This document shows positions 26,925 through 36,676 of a stretch of 64,000 nt of DNA, piece by piece; within the stretch, counting starts at the first letter, position 1, and each line of letters starts with the position of its first letter. The DNA is from an uncultured Gemmatimonadaceae bacterium. Its GTDB lineage: Bacteria; Gemmatimonadota; Gemmatimonadetes; Gemmatimonadales; Gemmatimonadaceae. The stretch is taken from NCBI GenBank assembly GCA_963781585.1, contig CAWAGQ010000010.1, positions 256,001 through 320,000 of the forward strand. The letters run 5' to 3'. The notes under the pieces are model-generated. The model had not been told where the DNA came from, did not search any database, and was given only the letters and a program-made list of their open reading frames with translations. Both the position numbers and the translations under genes were made by a program.

Positions 26925-28313
26925 TCACGACAGCGAGAAGTCATCGGTGCTGTCGCCGAAGCCCTTGAGATCGTCGAGACCGAGCTTGTGCATCAGCGCC
27001 AGCATCACGTTGGCCATCGGGGTTCCGTCGGGCGCCCTGAGGTGGAGGTTCCCGGACAACCGGCCGTTCGCATGGCCCAGCACCAGCAGCGGGCAGCGAC
27101 GGTGGTTGTGCAGGTTCCCGTCCGCCATCGGTGAGCCGTAGACGATCATCGTCTTGTCGAGCAGGCTCGCGTCGCCTTCCATCGTGTTCTTCAACTTGTC
27201 CAGGAAGTACGGCAGCATGCTCACGTGATAGCGGTTGATCTTGTTGAAGTCGAGGATGTTCGCCTCGCGCCCGCCGTGGTGCGACGCAGGATGGAACCCC
27301 TTGTCGGTGCCGCTTTCCGGATACGCCCGGCTTGACGCGTCGCGCCCGGTCTTGAACGAGAAGACGCGGGTCATATCGGACTCGAAGGCGAGCACCTGCA
27401 CGTCGAACATCAGCTTCATGTGTTCTTCGAAGGAATCCGGCACGCCCGGAGGCGCCTCGGGCAATTCGCGCGCCTCGCCGCTCGTGTTGCGCGCTTCGAC
27501 GCGTTGAATACGCGTCTCGAGCTCCCGGATGTTCTGCAGGTAGCGATCCAGGCGCTGGCGATCGGCCGGGCCCAGTTCGCGCTTGAGGCCGGACACCTCG
27601 CCGGTGATCCAGTCGAGGATACTTTCGTTCGCCTTGCGCCGCTCGGCGCGGTCGGCGTTGGTGGTTCCCGCGCCGAACAGGAGGTCGAACGCCACGCGCG
27701 GATTCCGGATCATCGGCAGAGGCTCGCTGGGACTCGACCAGCTGATGGTGTCGGTATAGGCGCAGGCGTAGTTGTAGTAGCATCCGCCGGCCTGGTCGAG
27801 ATTCTCGATACAGAGCTGCATGGACGGGATGGCCGTCTGGTGGCCGATCCGTTGCGCCACGAGCTGGTCCAGTGAGGTCCCGACGTAGAGGTCGGAGCCC
27901 TGGGTCTGTTTCGGGTGCGACTGGGTGAGGAAGACCGCGCTCGACCGGAAGTGATCGCCGCCGATTTCCGGCGCGTCGAACGCTTCCGCCATGCGAACAT
28001 CGGTGTTGCTCACGATGGTCAGGTATTCGCGCCACGGCTCGAGCGAGACCAGCGCTCCGTCGGGATTCAGCGCGAAACTGCGTCCCACCTCCGCCGGCGC
28101 CCAGAGGTTCCTGGTCGCGCCCCAGGCATTGCAACCGGCCGCCCCGTGCACGAGTTCGATCGCCACCAGGCGCGTCTTGTCGTCGACCGGGCTGTGGCGG
28201 CTGAACAGCCGTGCCGCGGGCACCATGGCGTCGAGATACGGGAGGGCGATGGTCGCCCCCATGCCCCGGAGAAACGTCCGGCGTGGAATGCTCTTCCCGC
28301 TGAGGATGTGCAT
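26925..28313 (-). CDS. DUF1552 family Tat-exported protein
   Basis: IPRRTFLRGMGATIALPYLDAM, SLDQLVA, YNYACAYTDTISW and LAFESDMTRV. Confidence 0.88.
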   Translation of the reverse strand: MHILSGKSIPRRTFLRGMGATIALPYLDAMVPAARLFSRHSPVDDKTRLVAIELVHGAAGCNAWGATRNLWAPAEVGRSFALNPDGALVSLEPWREYLTIVSNTDVRMAEAFDAPEIGGDHFRSSAVFLTQSHPKQTQGSDLYVGTSLDQLVAQRIGHQTAIPSMQLCIENLDQAGGCYYNYACAYTDTISWSSPSEPLPMIRNPRVAFDLLFGAGTTNADRAERRKANESILDWITGEVSGLKRELGPADRQRLDRYLQNIRELETRIQRVEARNTSGEARELPEAPPGVPDSFEEHMKLMFDVQVLAFESDMTRVFSFKTGRDASSRAYPESGTDKGFHPASHHGGREANILDFNKINRYHVSMLPYFLDKLKNTMEGDASLLDKTMIVYGSPMADGNLHNHRRCPLLVLGHANGRLSGNLHLRAPDGTPMANVMLALMHKLGLDDLKGFGDSTDDFSLS

Positions 28314-28340
28314 GTGTATGGGTCTCCCCGAAGTGGATCG

Positions 28341-30761
28341 CTACCGACCGCCGTGTCCGCTGTTGCCGTCCGCCGCCGCGTCTGCGCGCTTGGCGCGGAA
28401 CGCGTTGCTGTTCACGATACCGGTGATGATCGACGAGATCCGGTATCCATCTGCTGCCGCGTCGCGCACCAGCGCGCGCACGGTGGGTTGATCGTAGTCC
28501 TCGATGCGCCGCCCGATGGCGTAGGCCATCAGGTTCTCGGTGAACGCCCGCACCAGCGGAATCGGGCGCTTGAGCAGCGCGTTGGTCAGGTCGGCCGGCG
28601 ACGCGATTTCGCTGCCGTCGTACATGCGTCCCCGCGTATCGAGGGGCTCGCCGTTCTCGCGATATCGCCACCGTCCTGTGACGTCGAAATTGTCGAGGGC
28701 GAGGCCGATCGGATCCATGTACTGGTGACAGGCATTGCACACCAGGTTGTGGCGATGGATCTCCATCCGTTCGCGGGTGGTGAGCATCCGGCCGTTCCTG
28801 GCGTCCTCGGTCTCGTCGAGCGTCGGCACGTTAGGCGGCGGCGGAGGCGGGGGCATCCCGATCAGCACTTGCATGACCCACTTGCCGCGCAGCACCGGGG
28901 AGGTCCGGTTCGCCAGCGACGTCTGCACCAGGATGCTCCCCTGGCCAAGCAGGCCGCGGCGCGTGTCGTCCGGATACTGCACACGCTGAAAGTCCGGTCC
29001 TCGCACGCCGGGGATCCCGTAGTGCCGGGCGAGGCGCTCGTTGACGAAGGTGTAGTCGGCGGTGAACAGATCGAGCACGCTCCGGTCGCCGCGCACGATG
29101 TCGTAGAAGAACAGCTCCGTCTCGCGCCGCATCGCGTCGGCCAGCTGCTGGTCGAAGTCGGGGAACCAGAACGCGTCGGGGCGCACCTTGTCGAGATCCT
29201 GGAGACGCAGCCATTGCGCGGCGAACCGGGTCGCGAGTGCCTCGGACCGCGGGTCGTCCAGCATCCGACGCACCTGCTTGTCCAGGACCTCCTCATTCGA
29301 CAGCTGGTGCTGCTGCGCCAGCGCGAGGAGTGTCTGATCGGGGAGGGATCCCCAGAGAAAGAACGAGAGCCGCGACGCCAGGTCGTAGTCGCCGAGCTGG
29401 TAGTCTTCTCCCGCCTGGACGTTCGGCGGCGCCGTCTCGATCCGGAAGACGAAGTACGGGCTGGCGAGCATTGCCTGCAGTGCCAGGCGCACTCCTTCCT
29501 CGAATCCTCCCTGCTTCACGCCCTTGTCGTAGAAGGACAGCAGACCCTGCAGGTCGTGCGCATCGAGCGGTCGACGGTACGCCCTGGTGCCGATTCGCGT
29601 CAGGATCTGGCGTGCGCAGGTTCGCGCCGCCGCCGCGGCGCTCGGGTGGCACGAAAAGATCAACCGCCGGCTGGGAGAGTCGGACACGCCGGTGATCTTC
29701 GTCGGGCCGATGATCGCCAGCTCCACCATGTGCGGGGGCTCGGTGGTGCCGACGCTCGCGGTGCCGTTCGAAGCCTGCGACCAGTCGTGTGGCTTGATCA
29801 GGTCCTCGTATGGCCCATCCGTCGTGCGCACGAACGCGGCGGCCACCCGTTGCTGGCCGGCTCGCACGAACAGGGGCTCGGTTCGCACGTAGTCGGCCCC
29901 CTCCGGCGCGTCGGCCGACGCGAACGTGCGCTCGATGCCTTTCTCGTAATGCAGGAGGGCGACGCGCTCCCCGTTGATCGAGACGTCGACGTCCTCGAGG
30001 CGCATGCCCACGCCGGCAGCCACGTTCATCCGGAACGTGTACATGCCGTCGGCCGGGAAGACGTAGTCCGCGACGATGCCGCCGCGCGTCCCGTACGGCG
30101 CGCCGTCGGCGTGATTCCAGGGGTGCTGCGATACGAACGGCGACGACCGGAACGCCGCGATCGTTGACGGCGCGTGTCGATCGCCGATCGCCATGCGACT
30201 CACCGCCGCGGCCGCGTTGAGATACGACTCGAGCAGGGTGGGGGAGAGGGCCTGCACGTCGGCGATGTTGTCGAAGTTCGCACTCTTCGTGTCGAGCGGG
30301 AGAAAGTCACCGGCGTCGATCTCGACCCCGAGCAGGTCCTTGACCGCGCGTTCGTACTCGGCCTGGTTCATCCGCTGAAACGGGCGCGACCCAGGGTTGG
30401 GCCGGGCCGCGCTGTCGATCACGCGCTCCAAGGTCTCGACCAGCCCTACCAGCGTGTCGCCCCCCGGCCTGCGTGCACCCGGTGGCGGCATCATGTCGGC
30501 CCGCAACTTCCGGATCATCTTCTCCGACTGCGCCAGCCGGCTGTACGCCGTTTCGACCGCGTACCCGTCGACCGACATGTTGCCCTTCAGCGTCTTGTCG
30601 TTATGACACGTGCCGCAGTACCGCTGCACAACGGGGTCGAATGCGCTGGCGGGCATGCCGCGCGCGGTGGTCGGATCGGGCAGGCTTCCGCCGACGGCGG
30701 TCCCACGCGCGAACACGACCGTGGCTGCCGTGCCCGCAACCAGAGCGGCGAGTATCCTCAT
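28341..30761 (-). CDS. DUF1587/1592/1588/1585/1595 planctomycete-type cytochrome c protein
   Basis: CGTCH and CNACH heme motifs. RMNQAEYE, LASRLSFFLW, FAAQWLRL and RTSPVLRGKWV. Confidence 0.88.
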   Translation of the reverse strand: MRILAALVAGTAATVVFARGTAVGGSLPDPTTARGMPASAFDPVVQRYCGTCHNDKTLKGNMSVDGYAVETAYSRLAQSEKMIRKLRADMMPPPGARRPGGDTLVGLVETLERVIDSAARPNPGSRPFQRMNQAEYERAVKDLLGVEIDAGDFLPLDTKSANFDNIADVQALSPTLLESYLNAAAAVSRMAIGDRHAPSTIAAFRSSPFVSQHPWNHADGAPYGTRGGIVADYVFPADGMYTFRMNVAAGVGMRLEDVDVSINGERVALLHYEKGIERTFASADAPEGADYVRTEPLFVRAGQQRVAAAFVRTTDGPYEDLIKPHDWSQASNGTASVGTTEPPHMVELAIIGPTKITGVSDSPSRRLIFSCHPSAAAAARTCARQILTRIGTRAYRRPLDAHDLQGLLSFYDKGVKQGGFEEGVRLALQAMLASPYFVFRIETAPPNVQAGEDYQLGDYDLASRLSFFLWGSLPDQTLLALAQQHQLSNEEVLDKQVRRMLDDPRSEALATRFAAQWLRLQDLDKVRPDAFWFPDFDQQLADAMRRETELFFYDIVRGDRSVLDLFTADYTFVNERLARHYGIPGVRGPDFQRVQYPDDTRRGLLGQGSILVQTSLANRTSPVLRGKWVMQVLIGMPPPPPPPNVPTLDETEDARNGRMLTTRERMEIHRHNLVCNACHQYMDPIGLALDNFDVTGRWRYRENGEPLDTRGRMYDGSEIASPADLTNALLKRPIPLVRAFTENLMAYAIGRRIEDYDQPTVRALVRDAAADGYRISSIITGIVNSNAFRAKRADAAADGNSGHGGR

Positions 30762-30883
30762 GCTGGACAGTCTCTCCCGTACGTCCCAGGCGCCGTAAGT
30801 GGCCAGCGGCTCAGCACTTCAATCCCGCATCGGGACGTCGGAAAAGCAAGAGGTGAGCGAAAACTCGCGGACGCGCGGCAGAC

Positions 30884-30953
30884 CCTGCCGGGGGTACGTG
30901 CCGCCTGCCGGCGGGGGTACGTGCCGCCTGCCGCCAGCGGTACGCGCTGCCTC
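30884..30953 (+). repeat. Three imperfect 20-23 bp direct repeats (CCTGCCG..GGTACGTGCCG)
   Basis: Visible upstream of the DUF1592 operon. Confidence 0.6.
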
Positions 30954-30972
30954 GTCGGCTGGCGACTATCCG

Positions 30973-31311
30973 CTAGGCACCCTCGCGCCCGGGCCCGGTC
31001 GCGTCGGGGGTCGCCGTCGCGCGCAATTCCGGATGCCGCTCGAGGTACGCCTTCACGAACGGACAGCGCACGACGACCCGCTGGCCCGCTGAGCGAGCCG
31101 ACTCGAGTGCGAATCGCGCCAGCCTGGCTGCGAGCCCACGGCCGCGCAGCGACGGCGGCACCTCGGTGTGGACCAGAACCACCACCCCCGGGCGGCGGCG
31201 GTATTCGAGAAACGCCGTCTGCCCGCCGACCGCGATCTCGTAGCGATGGGCGTCGGCGTTGTCGCGCACGGCCGCACTGTCGAGCGGTCCGGACGGCTCC
31301 GGGTCGGTCAT
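30973..31311 (-). CDS. Small GNAT acetyltransferase (YjdJ-like)
   Basis: HTEVPPSLRGRGLA and CPFVKAYLERHPE. Confidence 0.88.
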   Translation of the reverse strand: MTDPEPSGPLDSAAVRDNADAHRYEIAVGGQTAFLEYRRRPGVVVLVHTEVPPSLRGRGLAARLARFALESARSAGQRVVVRCPFVKAYLERHPELRATATPDATGPGREGA

Positions 31312-31332
31312 CGGACGGTGCCGGGACGCCGC

Positions 31333-32535
31333 CTAACGAGGCAGCTGCACCCGCTGGACGTACCGGAGGTCGTCCTCGTCCGTGCGCACCGTGTAGACCG
31401 CGCCCTGGCCCACCGCGGCCAGCGTCACCTTCTTCGGCAGGCGCCAGCGCGCGACCAGCTTGCCGCTCTGATCGATCACGTCCCACTGCTCGCGGCCGAT
31501 GCGAACTGGCGTGGAGCGCTTCACCCACAGCCGGCCGTCCGGCGCCGCCAGCGCGCCTAACGGTGCGACCGGAGGATACTCGCTCGGCCACGTGTCCGGC
31601 GGCAGGATGTCGAACGTCATGGTCACGTTGGCCGGCATCATCTTCTGGACCGCGCGCGACTGCTCGGCGGTCTGGCGCTTGACCTCGTCCATCTCGGCCT
31701 TCTTGTCCGCGTCCGTCACGGCGATGTGATCGTATGGCACCTTCACTGGCGCCGAGTGCTTCCCGTCGGGACTGATGAACTCCACGGTGTAGCTGCCGCC
31801 GCGCAGCACGGCCACGCGTCCGTCAGGAAACACCGTCCAGGGGTCCGACGCGACGAGCCCCGGGAATGCCAGGGTGTATTTGAACGCCGTGGTCCCCGTC
31901 TGCTTCATCTCCGGCTTGCCGCTGGTGGGGAACCGCACTTTCGCCAGCTCCTCGCGGCCTGTCTTGGTGCGTGGATCGAAGCGGACCACCGATACCGAAT
32001 CGGGCATCTGCATGGAGACGCCGTTGGCGCCGCGGCCCAATTGCAGTGTCATCGAACTGGCGTACAGGTGCCCGCGGCGGTCGCTGAAGAACGGGGCAGT
32101 GAAAGCGGTGCTCGTCTGCTGATCGAACGTCAGGAACGTGAAGGGCGTTCCCGGAGTCAGGTCGGGATTGAACGCGACGATGCGTTGCGCTGTCGCGTCC
32201 AGGACCCAGAGCGTATCACCCTGAATGTGGAAGATGCCCGCCGGCGTGCGGTACTCGCCGGGGCCACCGCCCGACCGTCCGAGCGCCGTCTTGGAGCCGG
32301 AATTGAAATCCACGACCGACAGTTGCGCCTCGAGACCATCGACCACGACGACCTGGCCGGGTTTGAGCTCGGTGACACCCGATATCATGGAGAACGGATC
32401 GTCGAGCTCGCGGGACGGCGCGGGGAGGTCACGTACCGGCGGTTGTGCGCGCCCGATAGCTGCCAGACTCAACAGCGCCGGGATCGTGGTCGCCAGGACA
32501 GTGCGAACGAGAGAGCTGGGGAAACGGAGATGCAC
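31333..32535 (-). CDS. Secreted 6-bladed beta-propeller protein
   Basis: Signal peptide. GRSGGGPGEY, FPDGRVAV and RTDEDDLRYVQR. Confidence 0.8.
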   Translation of the reverse strand: MHLRFPSSLVRTVLATTIPALLSLAAIGRAQPPVRDLPAPSRELDDPFSMISGVTELKPGQVVVVDGLEAQLSVVDFNSGSKTALGRSGGGPGEYRTPAGIFHIQGDTLWVLDATAQRIVAFNPDLTPGTPFTFLTFDQQTSTAFTAPFFSDRRGHLYASSMTLQLGRGANGVSMQMPDSVSVVRFDPRTKTGREELAKVRFPTSGKPEMKQTGTTAFKYTLAFPGLVASDPWTVFPDGRVAVLRGGSYTVEFISPDGKHSAPVKVPYDHIAVTDADKKAEMDEVKRQTAEQSRAVQKMMPANVTMTFDILPPDTWPSEYPPVAPLGALAAPDGRLWVKRSTPVRIGREQWDVIDQSGKLVARWRLPKKVTLAAVGQGAVYTVRTDEDDLRYVQRVQLPR

Positions 32536-32942
32536 GGCGGGATTCTCGCAGCTGAGTTGGGGGTGGCACGGGCTCTACGCAATCATGCCGCGTTGGTTTC
32601 GCCCGCGGGATCGGGAGTTCGCCGGACAGCGGTCCCTGTCTTCATTCTAGTCTGCGTGCCAGCTTCGAACCAAAACCGACACCAGCTTTGGATTCCGACG
32701 CCAGTCTGCTCTTTTCTTCCCTTCACCGTACCGTGCGACACGTTCGCCGCCGTCTGCTTGTGGGCCCAAGGGCACCGAGCATACCCTACGCCTCGCCGAC
32801 GGTCGCGGCGGTCGACCCGGTAGCCCCGGGAGGCGATGGACCAGTTCGCGATGTCGACCGTCGCCCCGGGAACCGGGTTCGACCCGAATCCCAATGGCGC
32901 AAATCAACCAGCACTGCCCGAACCGGAGGGGTTGAACACGCA

Positions 32943-33305
32943 ATGCGAATATCGATGTTGTGCCTTCTTGTGGCCGCCGCCGCCTGCGGCGGGGACAGCG
33001 GATCAGGGCCCAATGGGTCGTCGTGCGTGCCGAGTGCCACGCAGATCTGCATGCAGAGTTCGTCGTTCCACCAGGCGACGCTCACGGTGAGCGCAGGAGC
33101 GACGGTCGTCTGGCAGAATAGCGATGGCACCACCCACACGACGACCTCGAGCGCCGTGCCGGCGACGGCCACGTCCTGGGACCGGACCGTGAACGCGGGT
33201 GGCAGTACGACCGTGACGCTCACGGTCCCGGGGACGTACGAGTACTACTGTCGCTTCCACGGAAGCCCTGGAGCGGGCATGCACGGGACCATCATCGTGC
33301 AGTGA
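32943..33305 (+). CDS. Cupredoxin (plastocyanin/azurin-like) lipoprotein
   Basis: GGAGG RBS, lipobox AAAC, HTTT and YYCRFHGSPGAGMHG type 1 Cu ligands. Confidence 0.88.
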   Translation: MRISMLCLLVAAAACGGDSGSGPNGSSCVPSATQICMQSSSFHQATLTVSAGATVVWQNSDGTTHTTTSSAVPATATSWDRTVNAGGSTTVTLTVPGTYEYYCRFHGSPGAGMHGTIIVQ

Positions 33306-33384
33306 GTTGTTCGGGGCCGGGCGTCACGCGTCCGACCCCGCGCATCCGGCCACGGCGCGTCGGGCTCCGGTGCCGATCGGGCCG

Positions 33385-34869
33385 CTACTGTTTCGGCTCG
33401 TGGCGGATGATCCGCACCCGGGCGCGGCGGGGCAGCTCCACGCTGGTCGTGCCGCTGTCGCCTTTCAGATACTGGTCGAAGAACCGCACGGTGAGGGCGG
33501 TCACCGCGGCGTGCACGTCGCCCGGGTCATCGCTCCCTGCGATCCCGAACCGCCGCGCCAGCACCGGACTCCAGAGGGGGAGGTCGGTGAAGCTGGTGTG
33601 CACGGTGCCGTCCATGCGCACCTCGGTGCCGCCGAACCGGAGCAGCGACGCGATGCCCGCATCGCGGCGGGCGAACCAGGCGCGGACAGAATCGCGGTTG
33701 CCCCCATAGAACGCGAGCTGGTCGTCGGCGAGGGAATCAGCTGCCGTTCCGGGCGAGGTGAACACGAGAAAGGGGCTGTGGAGTCCGGCCGCTGCGGCGG
33801 TACTTCCCGGCACGCCGTCCATGTCCACGCCCGCCTTGACCCGTGCGTCGCGCGCCATCAGCTCGGCGGCCGCCCCTCCACCTAACGAGTGACCGAACAC
33901 GCCGACGCGGTCGACCTGCAGGTGGCGGGCGATGGTGTCGGAGAGGTCGCCCACCGGCAGGGCCTGGAGCCGGTCGAGCACGAACTGGGCGTCCCGCGTC
34001 CACACATCGATCAACCGGGTCTGCCCGGCGGCGGTGTGAAGCAGATCCTGCACCCGGTACGTCGCATGGGATCCGTCGGGGAGCACGGTCCCGACCGCCG
34101 CGTAGGTGTGCTCGATGCTGACGACCACGTAGCCGCGGCTCGCCAGTGTCTCGAACTCGAACGTGTTCTGCACGCGCGTACCGGGGACTCCGTGCAGGAA
34201 GATCAGGAGCGGCGAACGTCCCTCGCGGATGTTGAAGCGCGGTGCGCTCTCGCTGTTGGTGCGCGCTGCGGTGAGGTTCCAGAAGGCGAAGCCGGGAAGC
34301 GGGAGGCCCGCGGCGAGGTCGGATGCCAGTACCCGGGGGGCCGGGTGATAGCGCAGCGGCTTGCCGGGAGTCTCCTCAGCCGGATACCAGAAGGTGACCC
34401 AGACACCGCGACGGTCACCCGCCTCGGGGGTGAACGTTTCCTCCCGGCTCGAGTCGGTCCAGAATACCTCCAGACGTCCCACCGCGTAGTAGCCCGCTGG
34501 TTCGGGAAAGGTGACGCGCGGGAGGAGGTACCCGGGAAGGAGCACCGCTGCCGCGGCGGTGATTACGAGCGCCACGCCCAGCCAGGCGCGCCGGGCGCGA
34601 GACGGCACTGCCTTCCATTTGGCGCTGGCGCCGGCCTTCGCTTCGCTCATGCGAGCGAGGTCGGCGCGGAACACCAGGATCGCGACGACCACCAGGCCGT
34701 AGGCCGGGACCATCTGCCAGCGGAGGCCGTCGATGATGATGTGCAGCACCACGAAGATGCCGAGCATCGCGACCAGTGACGCCGTGGTCTGGCGGGTGCG
34801 CGGCCGCATCAGCCGGGCGGCCAGCGCGGCCAGCACGACTGCGATGAGGATACTCTCAAGCGGGCGCAT
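33385..34869 (-). CDS. Membrane-anchored alpha/beta hydrolase (PAF-acetylhydrolase-like)
   Basis: N-terminal TMs. GHSLGG nucleophile elbow, DMDG and HTSFTD. Confidence 0.85.
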   Translation of the reverse strand: MRPLESILIAVVLAALAARLMRPRTRQTTASLVAMLGIFVVLHIIIDGLRWQMVPAYGLVVVAILVFRADLARMSEAKAGASAKWKAVPSRARRAWLGVALVITAAAAVLLPGYLLPRVTFPEPAGYYAVGRLEVFWTDSSREETFTPEAGDRRGVWVTFWYPAEETPGKPLRYHPAPRVLASDLAAGLPLPGFAFWNLTAARTNSESAPRFNIREGRSPLLIFLHGVPGTRVQNTFEFETLASRGYVVVSIEHTYAAVGTVLPDGSHATYRVQDLLHTAAGQTRLIDVWTRDAQFVLDRLQALPVGDLSDTIARHLQVDRVGVFGHSLGGGAAAELMARDARVKAGVDMDGVPGSTAAAAGLHSPFLVFTSPGTAADSLADDQLAFYGGNRDSVRAWFARRDAGIASLLRFGGTEVRMDGTVHTSFTDLPLWSPVLARRFGIAGSDDPGDVHAAVTALTVRFFDQYLKGDSGTTSVELPRRARVRIIRHEPKQ

Positions 34870-34881
34870 AACGAGAGCCGG

Positions 34882-35724
34882 TCAGCGTCCGCGGAGCAGG
34901 GCCGCGAGCCCGAATCCGTCCTTCTCCAGCGGAACCCGGAACAGCCGCGCCGCGTTTGCGCACATGATCAGCTGGCGCTCCCGGACCGGCACCTTGAGGT
35001 CCTCCATGAATTCCACATACGACTCCATGGATGAGATGGGCCAATCCGTACCGAACAGCACATTGGAGGGATCGAGGCCCCAGAGGAGCATCTCGTACAG
35101 CTGGTTCCGCATGTAGCGCTCGAACCGGTCGGTGAAGTCCCCAAGCACCAGACCCGAGATATCGGCGTAGACATTGCTGTTCTTGTACACGACCTCCATG
35201 CAGTCCTGGAACCAGGGATTGCCCAGGTGGCAGATGACGATGTCGACATCCGGATGATCGACCGCGACCTCGTCCACATGCAACGGGTGCGCGTACTTCA
35301 CCTTGCCCTTGGGATCGTAGGTGTCGCCACAATGGATCATGACCGGGACGTGGAATTCGGCGGCCAGGCGAAAGACCGGATGGAGCTTGGGGTCCGAGGG
35401 ATAGAACGGCTCGTAGCCGGGATACAGCTTGAGACCGCGAATGGCTCCCTCGGCCAGGAGCGGACGAAGGTCCTCGAGGATCTGGTCGCTCAAGGTGTTG
35501 TAGGATACGCCGGCGACGACGTACAAGTTCTTCATGTCGCGCGTAGCGGCGACGACCTCTCGCGTGGATGGGCGCCCGGGTACTGCCTTGTAGGACGTGA
35601 GCACCCCGGCGACGTCGACCCCGTTACGCCGCATCGTCGATTGCAGCTTCTGCAAGGCGTCGGGGAGCGCGTCGACGTTCTCGTCGTGATAGTTGTTCAG
35701 GTGCACATGACAGTCGATGATCAC
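34882..35724 (-). CDS. Amidohydrolase (Amidohydro_2 family)
   Basis: IIDCHVH, KLYPGY, MIHCG, CHLGNP and LFGTDWP. GTG start overlaps the upstream stop. Confidence 0.88.
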   Translation of the reverse strand: MIIDCHVHLNNYHDENVDALPDALQKLQSTMRRNGVDVAGVLTSYKAVPGRPSTREVVAATRDMKNLYVVAGVSYNTLSDQILEDLRPLLAEGAIRGLKLYPGYEPFYPSDPKLHPVFRLAAEFHVPVMIHCGDTYDPKGKVKYAHPLHVDEVAVDHPDVDIVICHLGNPWFQDCMEVVYKNSNVYADISGLVLGDFTDRFERYMRNQLYEMLLWGLDPSNVLFGTDWPISSMESYVEFMEDLKVPVRERQLIMCANAARLFRVPLEKDGFGLAALLRGR

Positions 35725-36395
35725 GGTATCCTCTCGGGACTCCACAGCCGGTCGAGCACGCGCGACGCCCAGTGACGCCCGCCGAGTCCGAACGCGAGGG
35801 CCAGCGCCAGACAGAGCGCGCCGAACGCGATGCGGAAGCCCGACAGCAGTATCTCGCTGTTGAGCGCCAGTTGCTCGGCGGCGAGGGCGACCACGAACAG
35901 CAGCATCGCGTAGCGTGCCAGCGCCGCAAGCGAGACTGCGGCGGTACTGCCGATGTTGTTCAGGTAAGTATACGCGACGGTGCCAACCAGCCGGGCAAGC
36001 AGCGCGCCGAACAGCAGGATCACGATGGCCAGAACGACGTGCGGAATGAACAGGACCACCTGGTCGAGCAGCTGCGTGGCCGACGGCAGCCCAACGATAT
36101 TGAGAAAGGCGACAAGCGTGACGAACAGGATTCCCCAGTAGAGAATCGTCGCGAGAATGGTCACCGTCGTATACTGCACGCCACCCTGCACGAGGAAGCC
36201 GTCCAGGCCGGCACGTTCAGCGAGGTCATCGACCCGCAACCATCGGAAGACCCGCACCGCCGCGCGCCGTACCACTTTGGCCACGAGCCACCCTAGTACG
36301 AGCAGCGCCAGAGCGACGGTAAGGCGTGGCACGACGGCGACGATCTGTTCCCACGTGTTGCGCAGCGATGTGAGGAGATCGGTGGACGCATTCAT
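35721..36395 (-). CDS. Conserved TM-helix repeat protein (CmpX/MscS N-terminal-like)
   Basis: Two repeats VPRLTVALALLVLGWLVA and IPHVVLAIVILLFGALLA, then ALAFGLGGR. Confidence 0.8.
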   Translation of the reverse strand: MNASTDLLTSLRNTWEQIVAVVPRLTVALALLVLGWLVAKVVRRAAVRVFRWLRVDDLAERAGLDGFLVQGGVQYTTVTILATILYWGILFVTLVAFLNIVGLPSATQLLDQVVLFIPHVVLAIVILLFGALLARLVGTVAYTYLNNIGSTAAVSLAALARYAMLLFVVALAAEQLALNSEILLSGFRIAFGALCLALALAFGLGGRHWASRVLDRLWSPERIP

Positions 36396-36676
36396 GGACG
36401 GGTTCCTCCGGATCGGGGTGGTGATGGCACGCGTCCGCGCGTTCGTTCCGAAACTTGCGCACACGTCCCCTCTGGCGCACGGTGCCCAGCCGGGACATTT
36501 GCAGGCCACCGCGCGCGCGAGTTCCGGAATCCGGCCGGTGCACACGCGCGCTCCGATATGGACAGGGCCTCCGAACTGCGGCAAGGCGGCATCCGTCCGA
36601 CGCGGCTTGACCACGCGGGTGCGCCGCACGAGAATGGCATTCCTCTCTCCATTGCGTCGAATCACGGGAAGCCGCC

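Noticed and set aside
27915..31682. Long plus-strand ORFs (750 aa and 502 aa)
   Set aside because: Antisense shadows of well-supported minus-strand genes, common in high-GC DNA.
32673..32682. AAACCGACAC shared with about 62204-62213 upstream of another envelope gene
   Set aside because: Only 10 bp, non-palindromic and two copies, too weak to call a motif.
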